From NCBI RefSeq assembly GCF_009914755.1, contig NC_060942.1: DNA of 64,000 bases. One strand, 5' to 3'. Below are positions 30,581 to 43,147 of the stretch, piece after piece. The translations under genes were made by a program, and so were the position numbers. Position 1 is the stretch's first letter; each line of letters opens with the position of its first letter. The notes beneath the pieces are model-generated. The model worked only from the letters and a program-made list of their open reading frames with translations, searched no databases and had not been told where the DNA came from. The stretch is from the human T2T-CHM13v2.0 reference genome, Homo sapiens.

Positions 30581-32441
30581 GGCTGACTGTCAGCGTTCTG
30601 AGAGGTGAGTGAAAAGAAGGGTTGAGATGTTTCAATATCCATCACTTGCGCTGTCACATAAACTTATTTTCAACAGGGCATGCCCAACCTCAGTTGTGGC
30701 AGAGTCTCCACAAGTGGGAACACCTTCTGTTAAAACTTTGTCAGAGAATTAACCTCTCATCTTCAGTCAGAGTGGATAAGAGGCCTCAACTCGCCTCAGC
30801 TAAGTGGACAAAGGATGATTTGGGGGAAGGGCAGTTCACTACATTAAAAAAAATTTAACCAATCCTCCTGGTTGCAGCCTACTTTAAGCTCCAATTCCTG
30901 AGGCCGCTGGCACTTCTTGTGTACAGATCAGAGCACTTCTTGGGTCTCCCAAATGCTGGCTGGCTATGGATCTGTTTTTCCTTGCTCTGTTGAGTCAGTT
31001 GCCACTCTTTTTTTGCCTGCTTTTCGACTCTCAAAAGTCTGTTGCTGTTGCCTTCTCTTGCATTCTTTGCCTTCATGGCTTAATTACATTTCCCCTTATC
31101 CTTCTATTGTTATTATTTTAAGCTTTCAGGAGGAGGCAAAGGTAAAAGTGTGAGTTCAGTCTGCCATCTTTAACCCAAAGCCCTGATAAATTATTTGACT
31201 TTTCTGCTCTCAGTATCTTTTCCTATAAAAAGGGCCTAAAACAGAGGCTAATGGTAATAATCATAAGACATAATTTTCATCCACATAGCACCTAACAGCA
31301 TACTAAGTGTTTCACATACATCTCATTTCATCCTTCTGATTCTTTCACAAGTCAGCAAGCACAGGTATTGTTAGTCCCTTTAACCTGAGTGGAAACTGGA
31401 TCAGAGAGGTTCCTGTGTGTCCCAAGGTCACACTGATAGCAAGGGGTGGAATCAGGACTGTGAATCCCCAAAAGAAGCATCTATGAGTCACGTGGCCTAA
31501 TGGAGCTATCTGAACATACAGAGGACAATTAGAACAAGAGGGCACTAGGGCTGATTCTGGTTGCCGATTGAATATCTGTGAAATTTGACAAAAATGACAC
31601 TATTATGCAGGAATACGACATCTACATTTCTACCAAGCAAATATTTTTGTTTAAAAAATCCAAGTAAATCTTTTGGTAGGGAAACAAAATGAAACCTAAA
31701 TGTTCAATCAAGATTTCAAGACACCAGCTTAGTTCCCTGGTAAGGATGTGTATGATACAAGTCATGATTTAAGCATGAAACCCTATTGCTTAGGGTTAAA
31801 TACTGATTTTTTAAATCTCAGAAGTTCCCTGGGAATCTTATTACCTTCAAGGCTATTCTTCTATCCTAAAGTAGCACTGAAACACAGAATTGAGCAGGCA
31901 GTATTTGCCTGTAACATCTGCTGGTATCTCTCTTTTTCTGCTGAGCTCTAAGTCTCACTCTGAAGAAAAATGCAGGCAACCTTGGGACTTATACTCCTTC
32001 GCTTCTTCCTGATTCTGTTATTGTAATGTTCATCCTCATTTTCAATCAATTAACACACACCCATGAAGTGCCTCAGTGAGAGGCCCCAAAGGGGATGCAA
32101 AGAAGAAAAAGACTGTCTCCGCCTTAAAGTGGTCATCATCTTTCCAGGGAAGCAAAACATCACATTGTAGCTATATTGTAGTGAGGCCAAGATCCCAGTT
32201 CCCATCAAAATAGTCACATCCCATCAAAATGATCTTTCAGAATAATTCATTCATTCAACATCTAGCTACTGCCCTGTACAGCTATGGAATTACTATGCCT
32301 GACCTAGTTAAAATAGTGCCATGTTGAACTTGGGATTTCTTTGAGCACTCTGCCATCTTCTCAGACTATTCTGTAGAGGTGGGCCATGAATCCTGATATT
32401 CTTGGACAGATCTGCATTGATGCCTGACCCCTTAGCTCTAA

Positions 32442-32748
<307 letters not shown>

Positions 32749-33639
32749 CATTTCCTTTATTCTTTCAGTTATCTACTGCAGTAGGAAGGGGATGGTTTTC
32801 CACGTCCTCTCTGATGTGAGCTTCCACAGTATATCCTCCTTCCTGAGGTGACAGTACCCTTCCCTCTTACTAGGGCCATAGTTGTATACCTTGGGCGGGG
32901 AGAAAGCCCTGCTTATCAGAAATACAGCAGATATTCTCTCTCTCACTCTGAAAATTGAATTAAGCATTATAAAGGAAATAAACAGAGTGCTAATTAAGAG
33001 AGTAAGAGGAGGAACATATATTCAATGGGTGGCTAGAGAATCCCTTTCTGAGAAGACATTAACTGGAATCTGAAGGTTGAGAAGAAACCAACTATGCAAA
33101 AGTATTGTTCCTAGGCAGAAAGAATGAAAAATTAGTGCCAAAGAAATGGCTAGGTAATGTTGATAATTGGGAAAGACAAGTAGGTGGGGTTTGAGCTGGG
33201 CCTGCTGGGCGGTACTGAAGGTCAGTTCACTCAACCCCCATTCCCAGTCCCATTCTCCCCTGCCTTCCTCCACTGGAGAGGAAAATGAAGGACTAAACTT
33301 CCCCCCTCCACTGAAGCAAGCATGACCATAGGACATCATTGTGGCTAATGAGCTGTAGGAAAAACCCTTTGGGAGGCCTTCCCTTCTGGAATAAAAGCCA
33401 AAGGCCACTGGAATAAGTCATTTTTGTTCCTTGCCTTTCCTCTTTCTTCTGTCTGGAATGCCGAAGGAGGTACTTACATTTTACATCCCAGAGAATGAAA
33501 CTGACATGCAGGAAATGTCCAAGCAGGGAGACAGAAGGAGCCTAGTTCCTTCCTGGCTTTGTGATGTGGCTGCACCACCTGGACTGCCTACCTCTGATTT
33601 TTTTTTTAATGTGAGAAACTAAATCCGTTTATTGGTTTA

Positions 33640-33860
33640 AATAATGACAACAGCAAATGTTTCTAGCACTTTCTAGGTAGTTTACATGAATTCATATTTA
33701 ATCCTCATATGAACCTTAAACAGTGACTACCATTGTTATCCCAATCCTTAGATAAGGAAGCTGAGGCATGGAAAGGTTGAATAATTTACCCAAGTAACTC
33801 AGCAAGTCGAAAGGCTGGACTTTGAGAACAGGCAGTGTGCCCTTAACCAATGTTCTACCC
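33640..33860 (-). mobile_element. MIR SINE
   Basis: TTTAATCCTCATATGAACC...GATAAGGAAGCTGAGGCATGGAAAGGTTGAATAATTTACCCAAG. Confidence 0.7.
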
Positions 33861-34059
33861 CAGTGTTGGCCGGGTTTTCTGTTATGCACAGATTATCAGT
33901 CCTAACTTATACATCTTTGATGGATGAATACAATTTAGTTGGGAGCTTTTAGATCATTATCTAACTAGATCAGTGTAGCATGTGGTCAGTGGATGGCAAG
34001 TTAGACAACAATTTGATGGTGAGTTTATAGTAGGAAAAGTGACAAAGATGGAGATGGAA

Positions 34060-34312
34060 AATAGAGCAGAATGGGTAAGAAAGGGAGCTCTGGAAATTAG
34101 AATATTTGCCTACAAATCACAGCTCTACCAGTTACTACTAGCTCAGTGACCGTGGCCTAATTATGCTGCCTTATCTTTATAACATTTAAGTCTCTAGCTT
34201 TAAGCCTCAGTCTCCTCATCTCTAAAATGGGCATCAAAACTGTACATGACTTTCAGAGGTTTAATGCCCTAGCAAAATGCTTCGTTCACAGTAAGAGCTC
34301 AGTAAATGTTAC
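34060..34312 (+). mobile_element. MIR SINE
   Basis: TAAGCCTCAGTCTCCTCATCTCTAAAATGGG...CAGTAAGAGCTCAGTAAATGTTA. Confidence 0.65.
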
Positions 34313-36329
34313 CTTAAAAAACATACTAAGTTTGAATGTTTTCCTCTACAGCTTGTCTCATCTTGACAGTAATGACTGTCTAGAAATTGTCAATTCCAAC
34401 CACAACATTTGGAAACTTTAAAATATCAAAGATGAAGAGAGACTAAAGATGATCTTTTCTTTGATGTTAGTATTGAAATGTTTTTATTTTTTTCATATTC
34501 TGTTGGAAACCCAGCCTTATTACAGATCACAGGACCTAGGACACCATTGTTGCAATAATTTAATCTGAGGTAAGAAAGACATTGTTAGCATAACGTTTCT
34601 TAATAGTATTAGTCAAGCTGAGTTTTAAGAAACATACCTATCAACTTCAAAGGATTTGTTTTAAAGAAAGTAAAATAAAAAGGAACTACAAATCCATGGG
34701 AACATGATAAAGTACTATAATTTCCACCCTGAGTTTTGGAAAATCTGACGAACCTCCAAAATGTGTTCTGAGGAAAACAGTTGTCTCAAAGGCACAAGAA
34801 CTAATATGAAATGTTAGTTCAAAGGCTCTGGGCAAAAAGAGGGACACACAGACAGACGCTCTCTCCTTTAATGAACCCTCATGTGGAAAGTAGCTGCTAC
34901 TTGGTGAGCTGCCGCCTGTGCCTTTGAACATACTATGATTCAAACAGTGAAGTGTTATTTCACACTCTCTGAGTTAGCCAGCAGATCTCTAAAACTTCCC
35001 AGCTCAAAAAAGTTTGCAGAAACCATTTTCTTCTAGTACTTCTTGGAGACTTAAACAAAAGTAGAGAGACTGTACAGTGACCTCCAGAGGGCTCTGATAA
35101 AATCTTCATAAATTGGCTTTTTGCTTTTTCTATAGATGATTAACCAGCCTGAAAACCATTGCCAATATGTGTGTGGGCAAGTGGTTACTATGTCTATACA
35201 GTGGCTGCAGCCGCTGGTCTTGTAGATGGAACCCTGCTTCCAGACAGGAAAAAGCCTGATCCGGGCTCTCCTGTCCCCAGGGGACAGGGCAGTTGGACTA
35301 TTCTGGTCAGAAGACTGCTTTTGTGTAGGGAGTTGTTTCCCCTAGTTCAGGATGCAGGAGTGCAAGGAGAGGGTACAGCGTGACCTGTTGCCCCAGGTGG
35401 CCTCAGTGTCAGGCAGCCCTGGTGTTCTGCCCGCACTTGGATCAAGGAAGTCACCAGGAGACCTGGGCTGTCCCCAGCAGAGTATACAAAGCAACTCTCA
35501 GAGGGGATCTGACTGGTGCCAGGGACCTTCCAGCAGGTCATTTCCTGGGTCTCCTGGTTCCTAGGAACACAGGCTCAGACATGGCTGTAATACTCATATT
35601 TTCTGGTACCGTATATTGAGATTGCCTTGTAAGATCTGCCCTGCTACTGATCCCGTGACTAAAAGGAGAATTTTTAGAGATTATCAACCTACCTAGTCAT
35701 TTTACCTAAAATAGCGAATAGGTAAAAGTTCCAATCAGAAAAAGATTTTTATAAAAATATGACCTATGTGTAAATTGTGAACTTTAAGTCCTATTTGATA
35801 AAATTAATTAAAAGAGCTTCATGAGAAACTCTGTTATAGATCTTAGATCATCCTTATTCATCAATCAAAGTCTAGTAATTGAGGGCCCAGTATACTACCT
35901 TCCATGTGCATAGGCTTTCCCTGTTTCTAAAGAACTTTCATGCACACTGTCATTGGCTCTTCTACAACACAGTGAAGGTAGACAGCACAGGAGTTATTCC
36001 CATTTTGTAGATGGAGAAATACTAAGGGCCTGTCATGATAAACCAGGCAGTTTTACTGGTCTGGTGCTGAGTCTGGCAGCTGATATTAACTCATTATGCC
36101 CAGAAAGAAGAGTGTGATGAGAAAGGACAGGAACATCTATTGGAAAGTCTTCCCATCTAAATGGTAACTGGGCCCAGTTAGATATTTCCAACCCATCTGC
36201 ACACATATAGAACCCCAGCATGGAGTTTGTGCATGGTCGGTTCTCTCTAGTATTTAATTTAAAAATCAATGGTTAACATCATCAACAACAACAACTTTTA
36301 CATCACTAATGATGTGCCAGGAACTGATG

Positions 36330-36683
<354 letters not shown>

Positions 36684-39057
36684 TGAAGTGTGGACAATGA
36701 TTATCTTTGTTTTACAGATAAGGAAACTGAAACACAGAGAGGTTAAGTGAATTTCCCAGTATCACACAGTGTGAGAGGCTGATAACATCTTCATAACATA
36801 AAAAAGAATATGCAATACACTGCCTCAGTACCAACAATGCAGAGATTAATTTATATTCTGAGGGTAATGTGAGCAAAGCAAAGAACTAAAACCTATTACC
36901 TCTCTGCTTTTAATCAGGCCACGAGAAGGAATTCCTGGGGCATCTAAAAAATTCATCCTAGTAGTTTAAGCCTTTATACAAAAGTGGCTTTGAACTATGC
37001 TTGGATGAGCTTTGCCTTTTGTCAGTGACAGGTTCTGACCTTAGGTAGGATACGAACAGCCACAAAAAAGGGCACCTGCTCCCTTTTTGTCATTTGTTCA
37101 GGTGAAACAGGGCTTCGCTGGTGACAGTTGAAATGACCTGGTTTCTTCTGACCCCTGTGAAAAACTAATGATGTGTTTTTCATTTTCATTCCATTTTCCC
37201 TGGTTTCATGTATACACATTCAAAAGGTGAGGGAAGCTGTGAAGTGAAGTCAGTCCTGGGTGAAAAGTTCTATTTGCTCCTCTCATGCCTGAAGCTAAGT
37301 AAAGTCGACACAAATCGTGCGTGTGCACAAGGACAGGGATCTGCATATCACGTGGCCGAGGCCCCACTGCTGTGCATGCCTGCACTGTCCTCTGAGGGAA
37401 AGAATAATGGGGGCGAGATGGGTGGGGAGTGGGATGAGGCACTACTCACTCCCAGCTTTGCTTAGAGATCAACATAATAAATAATCAAGTTTGCTCAGCG
37501 CCTCAGAGTTTACACAGAGCTTTCACATGTAATTCCATTTCTACAAGTCAGGAAGTGGAAATGAACTCATTTAACTCACACAGTTGGAATTCAAATGAAG
37601 TTGGACTCTAGATAGTGCTAGCTCTCTCCTTTATCCCTTCCTTCCTTCTTCCCTTCCTTTCATCCTCCTACCTTCTCTTCCTACAACTTGCCATCCTTGA
37701 ATATGTCATTTTGGAAATCTATACAAGAATGCTTATTTACATTTCCCATTTCTCTCAAACCACACTTTCATAATCCCAACATGCATCTAAAAGTGGGAAG
37801 TAATCATTTCAGCAAGGCCTAGATAAGAAAACATGAGCAATGGAAACAATGACAATCTTTTCTTTTCCTTTTCCATCGGTTACAATTGAGTGACCTTGGG
37901 AGGTATCCAAATGATCATTTTGTCCATGCTTCTTGGCAAATACTTCAGCTAGCTTAGGAACTTGCCGCACGGGGTTAACCTCCTAATTCGACATAACGTT
38001 TTGGATAGGTAGGGATGGGTTATGGTCAGATCAGTTTTCATTGTTATATTTACATTTTGACTTTAATGGGGTTTGGACAAATCTCAAGAGCAGAGTTGCT
38101 ATTGCCAGGCCCCAGCACTGCACAAGTACAGCCAGCAATTCGGCCCACCGACTGGCAGGATGGGCTCCTGCCCTGGGCATCACACACCTATAAAAATAAA
38201 TTTGTTAAGGAACATACAGCCACTTCTGTCAGTAGAGGTCTGGTGCTCAGTGTTAAAGACTGCATAAAACTTTACCCTAAACTTTTGCTTTCAAAACCAA
38301 CACCGTTCGGGCCCCAGAGAAACACTTCTCCCCTATAGTCCCTTGTCCTTGAAACAAAGGTGAGTGCATCCCACAACCTGAAGATTTGCAGGGTGTGCTG
38401 CTGCTGACATGGAAGATGGACACTCCTAAACGTGTGGATGATGTATAGTGGAGGCGCTTGATTCAAAGAAAAGTCAAATGAATTAAACTGTCAAAACCTT
38501 CCTTTTAGATAGCAAGCATATCATACAGTCTTAAATAATGAGGGTTTCCTAGCAATGCCAAACATTCATTTTCTTGCTTCTCTTTTTGTTACAATTCATG
38601 GTTCTGGCAGAAGTCATACAGCAGTATAGCATTTGCATGCGGTTGAACGTGGTGATTGGCCAATATTTTGAAAAATTAACTAATTAATGTTACTGTTAAA
38701 ATGGTAGATATGAAGTTATAACACATGAAACATAATACTGATTATTTATGTTAGCAACCAGGTGGACAATGAATGCTAGAATTGCTAAGTTTATGTTTTA
38801 TTTACACATTAATAAGGTGTAATTAAATTTCCAAATATTAAATAAAATGTTTATGCTTTAAAAAAATAACTTTTCAGTGTTTATATTCATTGTCATAATT
38901 TGTATTTTGCATTTTAATTCTAATAGATAACTTTAAATCATTTGAAAGAAAACTTTTAACAACTATAGAAAAATAATTCTAATTTTCTGAAATAAAAAAA
39001 GGAATTTACATTTGTGGTGTAAGTACAAACATTTTGTATGATTTGACTACATTAATC

Positions 39058-39353
39058 CTTTATTTATTTATTTTTTAGAATTGGGATTTCATTCTTTACC
39101 CAGACGGAGTGTAGAGTGCACAGCTCATTGCAACCTCAAACTCCTAGGCTCAAATGATCCTCCAGCCTCAGCCTCCTGAGTAGGTGGGACTACAGGGATA
39201 AACCACCATGTTTGACTATTTAAAAAACTGTTTTGTAGTGACAGGATCTTGCCATGTTGTCCAAGCTGGTCTAGAAATCCTGGCCTCAAGTGATCCTCTG
39301 GCCTCTGCCTCTTGAGTCGCTGGGATTACAGGTGTGAGCCACCACATGGGGCC
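39058..39353 (-). mobile_element. AluJ SINE
   Basis: Diverged reverse Alu with a (TTTA)n tail. Confidence 0.85.
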
Positions 39354-39376
39354 TGAATAGATGAATCTTTTAGATC

Positions 39377-39545
39377 AATGTTGTTCAATAGTGCTTTCTA
39401 TGATGATGGACTTGTTTTCTCTCCATGTTGTACAATACATTAGCTCTAGCCACATGAAGCTACTGAGCATTTGAAATGTAGCTAGTGTCACTGAGGAACA
39501 GAACACCTGAAATGCTGTTAGGTGCTACCATACAGAACAGCAAAG
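39377..39545. mobile_element. MER3-like hAT DNA transposon remnant
   Basis: TTCAATAGTGCTTTCTATGATGATGG...TAGCCACATGAAGCTACTGAGCATTTGAAATGTAGCTAGTG. Confidence 0.7.
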
Positions 39546-40249
39546 CTTTCAATCACCGCTGTCAATGGAACACAAATTAAGTGAAAATCTCAATTATAAC
39601 AACACAGTGATTTTACTAAAGAGAAATATCAATTTTATAGAATAAATATATATGAATCATGTATATTACTTATCCATATAGCCTATCAAAGAAAATCTAG
39701 ATATGTATAATGTCTAGCAGATATGCATAATTCAGTTGCTGATATTTTGCTTTTTGTCATATAAAATCTGTAGGTTTTATATTTCAATTTTATTGTTATA
39801 TGTGTCAAGGTAGGAATATACATAGTAGTTTGCTAGCTTAATTAATAACTTTGAAATATTAGGCATATGGTAAGTGGCTATGCATTTGTACTCTTGCCCA
39901 AGCCTACCAATGTCAGGGGCTGGCCTGACAGCACCCCTAACTCTGAGCAGCCATTCTGCAAATGTCACTATTGTCCTCAGTGAGTCAGGAGTGAAATGTG
40001 GTTAAAACTAAATCTCTACTGCTGAAAAAACAAGTCAAAGCAAATGTCCCACTGGGAGGATTCCTACAGCATCCCTTCCTTAGAGGAAGTCCAATCCATT
40101 CATTTCAGCAGAGGACTTCCATTTAGGCTCAAAGGCTGCTCTGACCAGTTACCTGTAAGAGGGAGTAAACTAACAGTAGTTGTCATGAATTGAGAGGGCA
40201 GAAGCTGCTGGCAAAAATCCCACCACCCTTTGAAATGTGGATGGAAGGC

Positions 40250-40690
40250 TGCAAAGGGTAGAGTCAACTTAACAGTGTAAAGATAGAGAACAGGGGTAAT
40301 AGAAATTTACAGACCCTCCCACTAAGCTTTAAGTAACAGGCAGAAGGGACAGGGTTTGTAGAGGTTACCAAGAGGAGTCCTGTGGCAGCAGCAGTTGGAG
40401 TACTGGCAGGGATTTCTGTCTAATGCCTCAGTGGCAGGTCCGTAGAGTGGCCCTTTCCTCTTCCATCCAGCTCCTCATCGTCCCCCCGCAGGGGGATTGA
40501 GTTTCCCTTGCCCATAGTGGTAACCTGCTTATTGACACATCTCATATCGATGTCTGCTTTTTTTTTTCTTCTCTGTCTTGCTGTCTCACCTTCCTTATAG
40601 TGCTTTCTGGGATCACTTCCCCAATTCAAAACCACTTATAGTTAAATCCTAACCTCCAGGTCTGTTTCTGAGGGAGCCCAGCCTAAGACA
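40250..40690 (+). mobile_element. LTR16-like ERVL LTR (5' boundary uncertain), followed by an L2 tail at ~40695-40760
   Basis: 3' end GGATCACTTCCCCAATT...CAGGTCTGTTTCTGAGGGAGCCCAGCCTAAGACA. Confidence 0.6.
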
Positions 40691-42529
40691 ACCTCCAGTA
40701 CTTAGCACAGTGCCTGACATATGGTATTGACTCAGTAGATATTTGCTGAAAGAATAAAATACTTTGCAAATGAAATCCTACCCTAATATTAACTTCACCT
40801 AATTTAAAGAAGTTACTCTGAAGCAAAGTGATTAGATCAACTTTTGTCTCCCTAGCTTCCACCTCTGTCCTCCCACTAGCAGAAAAACTCCATTGGAAAG
40901 CCTATTACTAATTTTTTTTAAAGCAAATTTGAACTGCAGTATAGAACACAAGTACATCAAAATGGAAAGCCCAGGTTGCAGATTTGACCATCCTCACTTG
41001 CTGATCTTGAAGACATTGCTTCCTTTCTGAGATTTCAATGTTCATTTCACAATTAAAGATAAGGTTCCATAAGCACATAGTTGGGAGAAGTGGCAGGACA
41101 ATGTAAGCTCATATTAACAAGCAAATGATTAATATAGAGACTTCTAAAGAGCAGGTCTGGTAAGTATCTAGTAAGTGGACTTCCTGAAGTAAGAGGAGTG
41201 TTGGTTGCCACACTAAAGGCAAGTCTTCTAGTCCCCAAATTTGCCTTGGGAGGATGACAGCTGTATCTTTCTTGGTTCTGGTGTACAGTGGAGAACAGGG
41301 TCAAGATGAGTGTGGAATCCATTTATTTTTTTACGTGTTTATAAGCACTAGAAAGCAGTGAGCACTAAGCAGAGGACCCCTCTTGCGGAAAAAGTGCAGG
41401 AGAGCTCCTGGGTGCCTCTGTATCACCGGTTTGCCTTCTAGCCAGAATCATTGCTAGAACCCTGTCACTCAGTTACTTTGGTTCCTAATTTAACCTCTTC
41501 CCAAGCCTTCTATTGCGTTCAGTTAGCTAGGCCAGGAGCTTACAGCTGTCTGGTTGGTGCTGGCTCAATGTGCTTATTCCCTGGAAGATAGAAGGATCAC
41601 TTACAAAAAAATTTACAATTAAAATAAAAAAATTATTTTTTGCTGAAGCATTGTAAGGTTTTTTTAATTCACTCAGACCCAAAATCGTAAAACTAAAATA
41701 TTTCAAGACATTACTTGATTCACCCCCCACTTCTCTTTCTCCCCTGTTTCTCAGCACTTTGCACCAGATACAGAAACCACGGGTTATGTCCAAACCCTGG
41801 TTTTGGTGTGACCACCGCCTTCCGTGTACTGCCTGCGGCTCGCTTCGGGCCCACACGGGACACCGAGGCATGATGAGGACGCAGAACAGCAGAAGCGCGC
41901 CCTGCTTCCCGGGCGCCAGTGCTCGGGGCCAGCGGCGTGTACCCGGCGGGCCCGGCCGGGAGCGGGCTGGCGATCGCGGGGCTCGGCGCTCCCGGCTCCC
42001 GCGCCATCTCCCGGCGCCCGCCAACTTCGCTCCGCCCGCGGCGTAGAGAAGCTCGCAGCCCTCCGGAGCCTCAGCGATCTCCTGGCTCGCTTTTCCCGCA
42101 GCCGCCGAGCAGCGCAGGCCCGGCGACTCCGGGTGCAGCTGGCCCTGTGCGGTGACATCGCCGTCCGGCGCCAGGCTCGAAGCCGCCTGGCCGCGCCCGC
42201 GGGGTCGCAGGCCGCTGGTCCCGCCCGGCCGCGCTCACAAACTACTCGCGGCTCGTGACCCGGGACAAACTTCTGGCGGCGGCGCAGCCTCTTCCACAGT
42301 CACCCTCCCCAGAGCCAGCTACCAAAATAGAAGACGCGGCCGGGGCGAGGAGGTGGGCGGGGGGAGCCCGGTGGCCGCTCCTCCCCGCGCGGCTGACGCC
42401 CGCTTCGGCGGCGGTAGTGGCTGTGGCCGCGGGGCCGCCCCCAGCCGAGCTCCCGGAGGCGCTCGGGCGCGGGCCGGCGGGGCACGGGCGCTCACGCCCT
42501 CTAGCGGGCCGCGGCGGCGCCGGGCGGCC

Positions 42530-42580
42530 GTGACGTGAGCGCTCCCTTCAGCCGGCCTGCGGGGCACCGCCAGTCAGTCG
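42530..42580 (+). promoter_or_regulatory. Candidate core promoter: CRE/ATF-like TGACGTGA (42531-42538) and Inr-like CCAGTC/TCAGTC (+1 near 42572)
   Basis: The motifs are visible. TSS placement is an inference from the Inr match and a recalled ~500-nt 5' UTR. Confidence 0.5.
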
Positions 42581-42690
42581 GGGAGCAAGAGCCCCGCGCG
42601 CAGCCGGCGCGGGCTCGGTCATCGGCGCGCCGCCGCCCGGGGCTGGGCTTGGGGCTGCCTGTGGAGAGGCGGCGGGCGGAACGCGCGCGG

Positions 42691-42722
42691 CCACGGCCAC
42701 GGCCACCGCCACGGCCACGGCC
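42691..42722 (+). repeat. (CCACGG)5 hexamer repeat, one variant unit, in the 5' UTR
   Basis: CCACGG CCACGG CCACCG CCACGG CCACGG CC. Confidence 0.9.
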
Positions 42723-43074
42723 GGCAGCTCGGGTCCCGGGTCCCGGGCAGGGGAAGGGGAGAGGCGGCGAGCTCAGCAACCGGAACCGAGGGAAGATTTT
42801 GGCTCCGCGGGCTCGCCCTCCGCTCCCTCTGCCAGCGGCGCCAGACGCCGAGTGGGGCCAGGGACAGGGGAGGAGGACCCAGGACCCTGTGCCCGCGCCC
42901 CTGGAGCCGCTGGAGTTCGGACTTCTGCAACTGTTGGCACTTTGGGGGCTTGGCTTAGCGCTCTGCTGTTTACCCGTCTCTCCTCGCTGCCTCGGAACCA
43001 AAGCTCCCGGCCCCCTCCGCCCTCGCGCGCCCACCCACCGCCGCCGGGGAGCGGCCCGGCCCGCACTCAGCACC

Positions 43075-43147
43075 ATGAGGGGACTTGGGACTTGCCTGGC
43101 GACTTTGGCCGGACTTTTGCTAACTGCGGCGGGCGAGACGTTCTCAG
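43075..43147 (+). CDS. PTPRM: Receptor-type tyrosine-protein phosphatase mu, coding exon 1 (signal peptide; phase-1 intron follows)
   Basis: CAGCACC-ATG (A at -3). Encodes MRGLGTCLATLAGLLLTAAGETFS+G, recognised as the PTPRM N-terminus. Strong donor CAG|GTAAGC at 43147/43148, inside the CpG island. Confidence 0.95.

Noticed and set aside
32200-32232. TCCCATCAAAAT repeated twice
   Set aside because: A 12-bp repeat of this kind is too short and common to interpret.
42318-42330. MEF2-like CTACCAAAATAG upstream of the promoter
   Set aside because: Does not fit the YTA(A/T)4TAR spacing.
42910-42930. (M)EFGL similarity to immunoglobulin VH3 leader peptides
   Set aside because: A four-residue coincidence. 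No V exon or recombination signal follows.
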